A stretch of DNA of 64,000 bases from Candidatus Nanoarchaeia archaeon (lineage in GTDB: Archaea > Nanobdellota > Nanobdellia > SCGC-AAA011-G17 > JAFCDX01). The notes below the pieces were generated by a model. The model was given only the letters and a program-made list of their open reading frames with translations. It did no database searches and was not told the origin of the DNA. Below are positions 38,215-46,566 of this stretch, piece by piece (the stretch's first letter is position 1; every line of letters starts with the position of its first letter). A program made the position numbers and the translations under genes. The DNA is taken from NCBI GenBank assembly GCA_041651575.1, contig JBAZJB010000001.1, positions 546,096-610,095 of the forward strand, written 5' to 3'.

Positions 38215-38937
38215 TTAACTTATTTGATTTGAACTTTTTAATGCAAATACAAATGCAATGTTTTCATTAGTACATGGATTTTTAATATTTTGCACATTAC
38301 ACTTTATTAAACTATCGCTTTGTATACATTGTAAGTTACTACTCTGAGAACATACTTCAAAAGATTTGGAAGATAAACAGGTTTTAAGTTTATATGCCTC
38401 ATCTATAATCTCTTGTATTTTGGTTGTATCTGCATTAATTTCTGTATTAAAGTTTATGTTTAATTTGTAAGTTATATCCATTTTTTCTTTCATTTCTTGT
38501 AAAGTTAATGAATCTGCAACGGCTTTAATTTTAATTTTATTTCCATAATCTAAAGTAAAAGTATATTTATAATCTGTTTTAACTCTTTCTTTGAAATTAT
38601 TTTTAAATTCTGATTCGAAATATTCGCTAAAAATAGGGTTGCAATTAGGAGTAAAATCCCAAACCATATGATTTCCTACAAGACAATTTGGATTATTTAA
38701 CAAACCTTTTTCTAAACTTATTTGTAAAGCATTACAAGCAGCAAGTTTTGCATTTTCTTGTATTGAAAAAACCATATTTTCTTTTTCTGTATAAAAATTA
38801 ATTAATTCTGTAGAAAACATACCTACGTTTTTTTGTTCATCTTTTATAATATCACTATAAAAAATCCCCAAAAATATTACTGTAAAAAGAAAAGCAAATA
38901 TTGCTAATAGGGGTAAAAATATTCCTTTCTTATTCAT
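38215..38937 (-). CDS. Pilin-like protein (class III signal peptide)
   Basis: N-terminus MNKKG/IFLPLLAIFAFLFTVIFLGIF; last gene of the pilus-like operon. Confidence 0.5.
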   Translation of the reverse strand: MNKKGIFLPLLAIFAFLFTVIFLGIFYSDIIKDEQKNVGMFSTELINFYTEKENMVFSIQENAKLAACNALQISLEKGLLNNPNCLVGNHMVWDFTPNCNPIFSEYFESEFKNNFKERVKTDYKYTFTLDYGNKIKIKAVADSLTLQEMKEKMDITYKLNINFNTEINADTTKIQEIIDEAYKLKTCLSSKSFEVCSQSSNLQCIQSDSLIKCNVQNIKNPCTNENIAFVFALKSSNQIS

Positions 38938-39434
38938 TCTATCACCAACTTTATTTTTATTTCTTTATCAAAATCGGGTAAATTGAATTCAGAAGAAGTT
39001 GTTTTATCTGTTTCTATTATTCCGCCTAATTCTGCAGGTGTTCCAAAATCTTCGCTCATTGCTACTTTTCCCTGAGAAATTATTTGATTATCTATGTACA
39101 AGTTATATTGATCAAATAGTTTATTGAATATCTTCTGGTTTATACCTTCTAAATTTGTTCTATATTTTTCTTTGTTTTTAACATACATTCTTATTAAATC
39201 GGAAACTAAAACTTCTTGTCCTTCAACATTTACCGGTGTTCTTAAATAATTTAATAAAATACTGTTAACATCTATTTTTTCTTTAGCAAGAATTTCTTGT
39301 TTAACAGAATCAATTCCAAAAGAGAATATAAAAAATATAATTAGTGTAACAAATATTAAAATTATAGCTCCAAGATTATAAAAAATCATACCTATTCCTT
39401 TTTTCCCAATTTTATCAAGTTTAAACATTTTCAA
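38934..39434 (-). CDS. Pilin-like protein (class III signal peptide)
   Basis: ...GKKG/IGMIFYNLGAIILIFVTLIIFFIF; overlapping gene boundaries. Confidence 0.5.
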   Translation of the reverse strand: MKMFKLDKIGKKGIGMIFYNLGAIILIFVTLIIFFIFSFGIDSVKQEILAKEKIDVNSILLNYLRTPVNVEGQEVLVSDLIRMYVKNKEKYRTNLEGINQKIFNKLFDQYNLYIDNQIISQGKVAMSEDFGTPAELGGIIETDKTTSSEFNLPDFDKEIKIKLVIE

Positions 39435-39897
39435 ATATCACGTCATAATTTAAAATAGCCCCTTGTTTTTTATTATCTTTTACTAAAAGAACATAATCCT
39501 TTTTTTCATAAAAAGTATATTTCTCGTTTTTTATTTTTATATTTTTTAAATTTTTATTTAAATCATATTCTTTTTTATTATAATAAGTATCAATTTTTTC
39601 TCCGTTAAGAGTTTCTATAGTTATATTTAGTTGCAGATCTTCATTATTGAAACAAGATTCTATTAAAGGAAATTTATTTGCATCTATTATTCCAAAATTA
39701 TTTCTTTCATCTTCATAAGATAAACAAGAATAAGCTTTATACAAAACAAGTTGGGGTTCATATTCAGAAACATCTATATTTCTTGTTAAAAAAGTCCAAG
39801 TTATTGAAGCAAATATTACTAAAATTACTGCTAAAACCAATATATTAAATGCCCATACAGGAATATCTATATCTAAGGAATCTCCTTTTTTATTCAT
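39421..39897 (-). CDS. Pilin-like protein (class III signal peptide)
   Basis: MNKKG/DSLDIDIPVWAFNILVLAVILVIF. Confidence 0.5.
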   Translation of the reverse strand: MNKKGDSLDIDIPVWAFNILVLAVILVIFASITWTFLTRNIDVSEYEPQLVLYKAYSCLSYEDERNNFGIIDANKFPLIESCFNNEDLQLNITIETLNGEKIDTYYNKKEYDLNKNLKNIKIKNEKYTFYEKKDYVLLVKDNKKQGAILNYDVIFENV

Positions 39898-40283
39898 GAT
39901 ATTGAAACCTCGTTATTTTCTTTTTTAATGGTTATAATAGGAGTTTTAGCTTCTTTTTCAACATTGGAATTAAAAAAACATTTATATGAAGAAGGAGTTC
40001 TTGAATAAACTTTTTCACTTGATTCATAAATTTGAAGCAAACATGGTTTTTTTATGTTCAAAACATAATCTGAACTATCAAAATTAATTTTTATAGAAAT
40101 ATCATTTGGACTTGCTGAAACTGCATCCAAAGCAAAAGCAGATTCTATAGCTAAATATTTTTGTTTAAATAATTGATCTTCTGCTATTTTCACTGATAAT
40201 CCCACAAATGCTCCAAGAATTAATATTGCAAGAAACATGTACGACAGCCACAAGTACTGCATCTCATACCCTCTTTTATTCAT
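39894..40283 (-). CDS. Pilin-like protein (class III signal peptide); start taken at internal Met MNKRG
   Basis: MNKRG/YEMQYLWLSYMFLAILILGAFVGL. The listed ORF extends to 40349 and would overlap the upstream gene. Confidence 0.5.
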   Translation of the reverse strand: MNKRGYEMQYLWLSYMFLAILILGAFVGLSVKIAEDQLFKQKYLAIESAFALDAVSASPNDISIKINFDSSDYVLNIKKPCLLQIYESSEKVYSRTPSSYKCFFNSNVEKEAKTPIITIKKENNEVSIS

Positions 40284-40326
40284 AAAAAGAAAAAGATTTG
40301 TTAATTTATAATGGTTTTGATTACAC

Positions 40327-41982
40327 CTAACCAAAATATTGATTTGCATATTTTGTTCTTATTCCGATATCTCTCTCGGGCTTAGCTGGATTTTCTATGT
40401 TTATCACAAACCAAGCCACCCATTCATTTCTAGTTTTTTGTTTTACTATTTCAGTGCCATAAAAAGTTTTTAAATAAAATACCATAAATTCAATTTGTTT
40501 ATTATAATCTAAAAGAGCATTTAATTTATCTTGACTATTTGCATTTTCTAGAGTATAATATTTTAAGAATTGTCTTCCCAAGGCGGTTTTTCCACAAATA
40601 TTATATTGCCATAATCCATAAGAACAATAGTTAGTTGAACCTATTGGACTAGGATCTCCCATATTATTATAAGAAAGAGCAGATTCTCCAACAGCATTTG
40701 CAACCATAGCTTCTGCTAAATTAATATTATTAAATCTAGCATTTATATCATCCCTTAATTGGTTTGCAGAAACATATAATAATTTTGGTTTTTTCACATT
40801 TATGGCCCCGCTACTTTGAGTTTGTGATGAACCTATTTGTGATTGTTCAATTGTAGAAGGAACATAAGTTGTTGAAGAAGCTTGTTGATTTTGTATAGCT
40901 GTAAGTGTTGGAGAATTTTCACAATTAGTACAACTAGGAGAAATTTCATAACCGGAATGAGGCAAATAATTTAATGGATCTCTTTCATAATTAGGTTTAC
41001 CAATATCTGCAGAAAAATCTTGAGATAAATAAACTTTAAAATCTAAATGAGGTCCTTCTGAAAATCCAGTATTTCCTGACAATCCAATAATATCTCCTTT
41101 CGTAACTTGTTGTCCTTCTGTAACTTTAATTTCGGATAAATGATCATATCTTGTGTATAAATTTTCATTGTGTTTAATTATAATATATCTACCATAGCCT
41201 CTGCAAAGTTCTTTATAATCAATATCCTCTTTACCACATATTTCTATTACTGTTCCATCTTCAACAGTTTTAATTTCTGTACCTATAGGAGTTGTAAAAT
41301 CTACACCATCATGCCAATCATTAGTTCTTTGACCATAAGCAGAAAAAATAATTGGATTAGCTAAAGGAAATATACTGAATATTGAAGAGGTAGAAAGAGT
41401 CTCTTCAACAGGTTTTTCTTTATATATAATTAAAACTCCATTTTCTTTTTTGAAATAAATTGTTTTAGAATCTTTGTTATTTTCTGCAGAAATGTAATTA
41501 TCTCCAAAACCAACAAAATCTATTTTTTGTATATTTTTTAAAATATCTACTAATTCTTTTTTTCCACAATAATAATTATCTGTACAATAATATCCCTCTC
41601 CTTTTTTCTCAACTTCACAAACACAAAGTTTAGATTTACCTAAAATTTCATTACTCATTTCAGTAGAAGTTATCTGTAAAGAAAGGTCTGCTTTAGAAGG
41701 ATAAAAACCAGCAAGAATGCACTCTTTATTTTCAAAATATACTATTGTCTCTTTTATTTTATTTTCTTCAAGAATATTTATATCATTTAAAAGAATATTT
41801 AAAGCACTTGTTGTTTGATCATCCATGCATGCTTGAAAAGGTATTGTTGTTTTGTATAAATTACAAGAAGTAGTAATAAAAAATAATAAGAGTATAAGTC
41901 CTAAAATTAATCCAACTGGAACCTCTTGAAAATTCAATCCTTTTTTCATTTTAATTTTTTGGTATAGTATCTGCTGTTCCAA
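40327..41982 (-). CDS. Pilin-like protein fused to M23-family peptidase and lytic-transglycosylase-like (SLT) domains
   Basis: N-terminus MKKG/LNFQEVPVGLILGLILLLFF (likely start at 41949). M23 core: WHDGVDF (HxxxD)...GNTGFSEGPHLDF. C-terminus GESALSYN...SYGLWQ resembles the SLT catalytic motif E-S...G-L-M-Q. Confidence 0.6.
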   Translation of the reverse strand: MEQQILYQKIKMKKGLNFQEVPVGLILGLILLLFFITTSCNLYKTTIPFQACMDDQTTSALNILLNDINILEENKIKETIVYFENKECILAGFYPSKADLSLQITSTEMSNEILGKSKLCVCEVEKKGEGYYCTDNYYCGKKELVDILKNIQKIDFVGFGDNYISAENNKDSKTIYFKKENGVLIIYKEKPVEETLSTSSIFSIFPLANPIIFSAYGQRTNDWHDGVDFTTPIGTEIKTVEDGTVIEICGKEDIDYKELCRGYGRYIIIKHNENLYTRYDHLSEIKVTEGQQVTKGDIIGLSGNTGFSEGPHLDFKVYLSQDFSADIGKPNYERDPLNYLPHSGYEISPSCTNCENSPTLTAIQNQQASSTTYVPSTIEQSQIGSSQTQSSGAINVKKPKLLYVSANQLRDDINARFNNINLAEAMVANAVGESALSYNNMGDPSPIGSTNYCSYGLWQYNICGKTALGRQFLKYYTLENANSQDKLNALLDYNKQIEFMVFYLKTFYGTEIVKQKTRNEWVAWFVINIENPAKPERDIGIRTKYANQYFG

Positions 41983-42127
41983 TAATGTCTTTTACAATAT
42001 TTCCTAGTTTTAAAATTAATTTAGAAATATTTCCTCCAAAAAATATTATAACTATTGCTAAAACAATTAAAAAAAGAATTACAACAACTATAGTATTAAT
42101 TGGTAATTCCTGTGATTTTTTATTCAT
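41951..42127 (-). CDS. Small pilin-like protein (58 aa, below ORF-track cutoff)
   Basis: MNKKSQELPINTIVVVILFLIVLAIVIIFFGG... Its stop lies 2 nt before the MKKG start of the downstream gene. Confidence 0.4.
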   Translation of the reverse strand: MNKKSQELPINTIVVVILFLIVLAIVIIFFGGNISKLILKLGNIVKDIIGTADTIPKN

Positions 42128-42145
42128 TTTAAAAATAAAAAGGAA

Positions 42146-42505
42146 TTAACAAGCGCCTTCTGCTTCTATTACAGGACAACTCATTCCTAATTTCTTGCAA
42201 GTCAATCCTTTTTCATCAGATCCAATGTTTCCATTACCATTTAAGTCTACATTGAATTTTTGGTTACAGAAGTTATCTCTATAAGCAGTTATTGGATTGT
42301 TTTCGTACTGCATACAATAATTATTACATCTGTTTGTTGCTTCTGGAACATCTGTTAGTTGACTACCAAATAAAGCCTTTATTTTAGTAGTTAAACTTGC
42401 CATCCCACCTGTGAAAAATATTGCAACTATAACTAAAACTATAATTACTATGATAGTTATAATTATAACATCCATAGAAATTCCTTGTCCTCTCTTATTT
42501 TTCAT
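42146..42505 (-). CDS. Pilin-like protein (class III signal peptide), Cys-rich C-terminal domain
   Basis: MKNKRGQ/GISMDVIIITIIVIIVLVIVAIFF; 8 Cys in the globular part. Confidence 0.6.
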   Translation of the reverse strand: MKNKRGQGISMDVIIITIIVIIVLVIVAIFFTGGMASLTTKIKALFGSQLTDVPEATNRCNNYCMQYENNPITAYRDNFCNQKFNVDLNGNGNIGSDEKGLTCKKLGMSCPVIEAEGAC

Positions 42506-42571
42506 TTAATCACCTAAATAAAGACAAAATATAAATATTTAAATGTTTTGATTACACAAAATCAATAAAAA

Positions 42572-43237
42572 TTAGGTACAATAAGGTAATCTACTTGTTG
42601 TAATATAGTTACTTAAATCCTCATCTGCGATAAATTCCCCTGATTGAGATCTACTTACAACAAAACAAATCTGATTATCTTTTTTATAAAAGATTATATT
42701 ATTATAAAAAAAGTAATATTTATCAAATAATCCAGAATCAGTATTTACATTTTCTCTATCTTCTAAGGCTCTTGTAACTTCGTAAGATAAAATAGCTGCA
42801 TTTCCTTTTAAATCTTTTATAGTGCCTTTTTTATCTATATCATAAGATTCTAGATAACAATTCATCGTTTTTCCAGTAAAAAGATTTTTTCCATTTACAA
42901 CAGAACTTTCTAATTGTTCCCATTGACTTCCTTTTCTTTTTTCTAGAGAAAGTATTCCTTTAGTTACAACAATTCTATAATTTATAGAAAAACTCGGGCC
43001 TACAATTTTACAAACACAATCACTATTTTTAGAATCAAAACAAGTTTTATAATTATTTTTTAAAACTGAAAAATCACTTATAACTTGGGAATCTGTTTTT
43101 GAATCTCCCCCAAGAATTTTATCATAAGCCGTTGTTAATTTGTTAATTAAATTAATAGGACCAAGTAAGCTAACACCTACGATTAAAAGTAATAAAAATC
43201 CCGCCATTATTGTTTTTAGAGTAAAACTCGTTGCCAT
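42572..43237 (-). CDS. Pilus-associated secreted protein (N-terminal hydrophobic helix)
   Basis: MATSFTLKTIMAGFLLLLIVGVSLLG; ATG start at 43237 (the ORF track extends to 43246 via a non-ATG codon). Confidence 0.45.
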   Translation of the reverse strand: MATSFTLKTIMAGFLLLLIVGVSLLGPINLINKLTTAYDKILGGDSKTDSQVISDFSVLKNNYKTCFDSKNSDCVCKIVGPSFSINYRIVVTKGILSLEKRKGSQWEQLESSVVNGKNLFTGKTMNCYLESYDIDKKGTIKDLKGNAAILSYEVTRALEDRENVNTDSGLFDKYYFFYNNIIFYKKDNQICFVVSRSQSGEFIADEDLSNYITTSRLPYCT

Positions 43238-43238
43238 T

Positions 43239-43391
43239 TTATCCAAACCCTAATTTTGTAAATATCATTTCAATTATATTATATATTTTTTCTTTTCCCA
43301 TCCAAACCAAACCCAATAAAATAAAAAAAATTATTAAGGCTAAAACTAATTTTACTAATTCAGATACTTCAATTTCTCCTTTTTTGTTCAT
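43239..43391 (-). CDS. Small pilin-like protein (50 aa, below ORF-track cutoff)
   Basis: MNKKG/EIEVSELVKLVLALIIFFILLGLVW. ATGA overlap with the upstream gene stop; 1-nt gap to the downstream start. Confidence 0.45.
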   Translation of the reverse strand: MNKKGEIEVSELVKLVLALIIFFILLGLVWMGKEKIYNIIEMIFTKLGFG

Positions 43392-44212
43392 TGACATATT
43401 TTTTTAACCTCTTCAGAATTAAAAATAAATACTCCTTGATAAGCTTTTTCATGGTATATTGTTGTTCCAATAGCTGTAGGTATTGCTGCCATAAAACCTC
43501 CCAAAATAGCTCCGGGTCCTGACCATGAAGTTGCTGCTGTTCCAGCAACAAAACCAGCAACAAAAGCTTCACCTAAAAATATTAATCCTTCTTTATTTGT
43601 TAATTGTTCCCAACCAGGATTAAGTTTTGCTATGTAATAAATATAAACAGGTTTATTCAAAGGAACTTTATCTAAGTTTCCAAGATCTTTTATATTTAAA
43701 TCTTGAGAAATTGGATTTTTTGAACTAGTAAAATATTGTAAATAAGTTTGGTCTCCTGCAGGAATTTTTGTATCTTTCAAATAATCCCATAAATTTACTT
43801 GTCCATTTGTTAAATCTTCAGAAAAATCAATTTTTGAACATAAAAAACAATTAAGACCATAACGATTAAAACTAAATTTTTTTAAGAAGTTTATTTTTCC
43901 TTCCCCAAATTGATACCAACAATTATACATTTCAGTAGCAATCGTCTTTTCTACTTTATGTGGAGTAGATATTTTATCTATAAACACTGGATTTGATTTA
44001 CAAAATAAAGGAGTATTCATAAATTGCCCAACACCTACACTATTTAATCTTGCCTTAAACTCTACGCTTATTTTACATAATGCCACATTGGAAACTGAAA
44101 AAAGTCTTGGTCCTAAAGTTACAGTTAAAACAAGAATTAAAATAACTGTTGCCATTAAAAGCACGGCTAATTTTACTACAGTTTCATGAGTCATCCCTTT
44201 TTTATTCAACAT
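43388..44212 (-). CDS. Pilin-like protein (class III signal peptide), 274 aa
   Basis: MLNKKG/MTHETVVKLAVLLMATVILILVLTV. Confidence 0.55.
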   Translation of the reverse strand: MLNKKGMTHETVVKLAVLLMATVILILVLTVTLGPRLFSVSNVALCKISVEFKARLNSVGVGQFMNTPLFCKSNPVFIDKISTPHKVEKTIATEMYNCWYQFGEGKINFLKKFSFNRYGLNCFLCSKIDFSEDLTNGQVNLWDYLKDTKIPAGDQTYLQYFTSSKNPISQDLNIKDLGNLDKVPLNKPVYIYYIAKLNPGWEQLTNKEGLIFLGEAFVAGFVAGTAATSWSGPGAILGGFMAAIPTAIGTTIYHEKAYQGVFIFNSEEVKKICQ

Positions 44213-44331
44213 TAATTTCCCCCCAAAAAAAGAGTAGATATATCTGTTTTATACATCATCAATATTATTATTCCTGCTATAACTATTAAAAACACTAATA
44301 AAAATATTAAAAATAATAAAGTATCATTCAT
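44212..44331 (-). CDS. Tiny single-TM peptide (39 aa), doubtful
   Basis: MNDTLLFLIFLLVFLIVIAGIIILMMYK...; TAATG overlap with the downstream pilin gene. Confidence 0.25.
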   Translation of the reverse strand: MNDTLLFLIFLLVFLIVIAGIIILMMYKTDISTLFLGGN

Positions 44332-44365
44332 AATTATTCATAAGTTTATTAATATATAAACTTTG

Positions 44366-46426
44366 TTAACCTCCAGAGGTTATTGAACTTGCTATTGCTG
44401 AACTAGATAATATTGTTGAAGATAATAAATTAAATATTAAAATAACTATCAAAGCCAATATGAAGTATAGCATAGTCCCTCTTAACAAATTTTTACCTAG
44501 CAAATATTTTTCATTTAATTTATCTGGACCATTTTCAATACCATTTGCTAATATTGTTAAAATAAATATAACTTCTACAACATAAACACCAACAACTAAT
44601 TGGAAATAAAATGAAGGAATTATATCTTGTACTTTAAATAAATTAGCAACCATAGCAATATTTCCACCCATAGTTTCTTGTGTAGCACCTGCACCGACTT
44701 TAGTAAACAATTTTTCCATGTTTACAATTATTCCAGTAATCATAGATCCAATACCGACAACAATTCCAGCTATAACTGGGGCCATAAAAGAAATTTGAGA
44801 TTTCATAGAAGAAACTATTTCTGTTAATAAATCTTTTAATCTTTCATTTACTCTATGGATTTCATCAACGTAATTTGAAATGCTAATCAAAGATCTTGCA
44901 GCAACTCTTGGACCTTTTTTAACACTCTCTAATAAAACCTCCATAGAAGATTGAACTAATGTTGAAGGATAAGATAAAATTGCTCCTGTTTTTTCATTGA
45001 AAATTGCTTCTTTTAAATTCATTCCTAAATTTCTTATATTAACGCTTACTATTCTGAAAAAATCTCCTGTTGGAGTATTAGACATATTTTGTGCTACTGT
45101 ACCTACTGCCAATTCTGCAGGAATTCCATCTTCAAGTCTATTTCCTAATTGGAATAATGAAGAAGCAAATTCTTTTTCAAGAGATTTAGTTTCTTCTCTC
45201 ATTTTAACTAAATCTTTTGCTTGATTTTTATAATAAATTGATAAACCAAATGCTAATCCTAATGGGAAAAATAAACTCATTAATGCTGCACCTAAACCAA
45301 ATGGCCCACAAGCACCATCGCATCTATAATCCAAAACATTTCCCATTTTTTCTGTAATTAAATAATCTTGTTCTGGAGAAATATAATGTAAAAACAAAGG
45401 TAATATTCCTATAAAACAGAATAAAATTATAATAATTGCTGGAAAGAATTTTGATTTTTTTTCTTTCAACATATCTTGTTCTATTGAAGATTCTCCATAA
45501 CCTGTAGGTCTTTTACTAAGAATATCATAACCAAAAGTAAATACTGCTAAAGGCAATATAATGTTGTAAAGTAAAGCTAGATGATACCATTTTACTATTC
45601 CTCCCATAAAAGAAGAAACTAATGGAAATATCACCAGCCCTAAAATTGGTAAAATTACCCCAAGCATATGTAACATTGTAATTGGATTTTTTAATTCTTG
45701 AGCATAATGCAACATTTTTTCATAAGTTCCGTTTAACATTACTTCAAGAGCTTTGTCAAGTAATTGTATTCTTCTTTCTTCAGAAGGTTCTAATAAAGAA
45801 GATTCAATTAAATGGAATGAATTTACAAATTCTAAATTATAATCTCTCCAATTTTCTAAATAAGAATTTAAAGATTCTTTTATTGTAGAATATCTTCCTG
45901 TTTCAATATCCCAAAAAACTTTTCTAAAATCTAAAGATAATGGTGACCCTATATGTTCTGTTGCGAATTTAATTGCGTGTTCCAAATTTGAAGTATGACG
46001 CATGTACATAACAATATATAAAACACAAAGAACCATTTGATTAGAAGCTTTTAATCTCCATCTATTTGCAAGATAAATTGGAGCATTTGATAAGGGTTTT
46101 AAAATAACTGCGGCAAATATAATTAATATCAATGGAAAAAATACCATTGTTGTTCCTGCTTCTTCAGATAATCCTGTTTCTTCATCAATGGCTCCTTCTG
46201 AAGGATTTGATAATAAATAAGAACCTGCCATTAAAGTAATTGCAAACAATACAAGAATTATTGCAGCCAAAACAGCCAAACTTGTTGCACCATTTGGACT
46301 AATGTTTAAATGAGTTGTTTCTATTGCTTTTTCTAATTTTGGTCTAGTTTCTTCATTAGGTTTTATTGTAATTATTTTTTCTGCAATATTACATAAAGAC
46401 TCGTATCTAGAAGAAGTTTTTGGCAT
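44366..46426 (-). CDS. Type IV pilus / archaellum platform membrane protein (TadC/FlaJ/GspF-like)
   Basis: 686-aa polytopic membrane protein with two cytoplasmic helical domains; sits between the ATPase and the pilins. Confidence 0.65.
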   Translation of the reverse strand: MPKTSSRYESLCNIAEKIITIKPNEETRPKLEKAIETTHLNISPNGATSLAVLAAIILVLFAITLMAGSYLLSNPSEGAIDEETGLSEEAGTTMVFFPLILIIFAAVILKPLSNAPIYLANRWRLKASNQMVLCVLYIVMYMRHTSNLEHAIKFATEHIGSPLSLDFRKVFWDIETGRYSTIKESLNSYLENWRDYNLEFVNSFHLIESSLLEPSEERRIQLLDKALEVMLNGTYEKMLHYAQELKNPITMLHMLGVILPILGLVIFPLVSSFMGGIVKWYHLALLYNIILPLAVFTFGYDILSKRPTGYGESSIEQDMLKEKKSKFFPAIIIILFCFIGILPLFLHYISPEQDYLITEKMGNVLDYRCDGACGPFGLGAALMSLFFPLGLAFGLSIYYKNQAKDLVKMREETKSLEKEFASSLFQLGNRLEDGIPAELAVGTVAQNMSNTPTGDFFRIVSVNIRNLGMNLKEAIFNEKTGAILSYPSTLVQSSMEVLLESVKKGPRVAARSLISISNYVDEIHRVNERLKDLLTEIVSSMKSQISFMAPVIAGIVVGIGSMITGIIVNMEKLFTKVGAGATQETMGGNIAMVANLFKVQDIIPSFYFQLVVGVYVVEVIFILTILANGIENGPDKLNEKYLLGKNLLRGTMLYFILALIVILIFNLLSSTILSSSAIASSITSGG

Positions 46427-46566
46427 TAATTCCGCTCTAAATTCTTGGTATTCATGAGAAAATTTTATAGGAGTATCAACATCTTCTGTTTCTATTTTTC
46501 CTTTTAATAATTCTTCATATCTTTCAATTATCTTTTCTGTTTCTTTATCCGCTATACTCCCACCTC

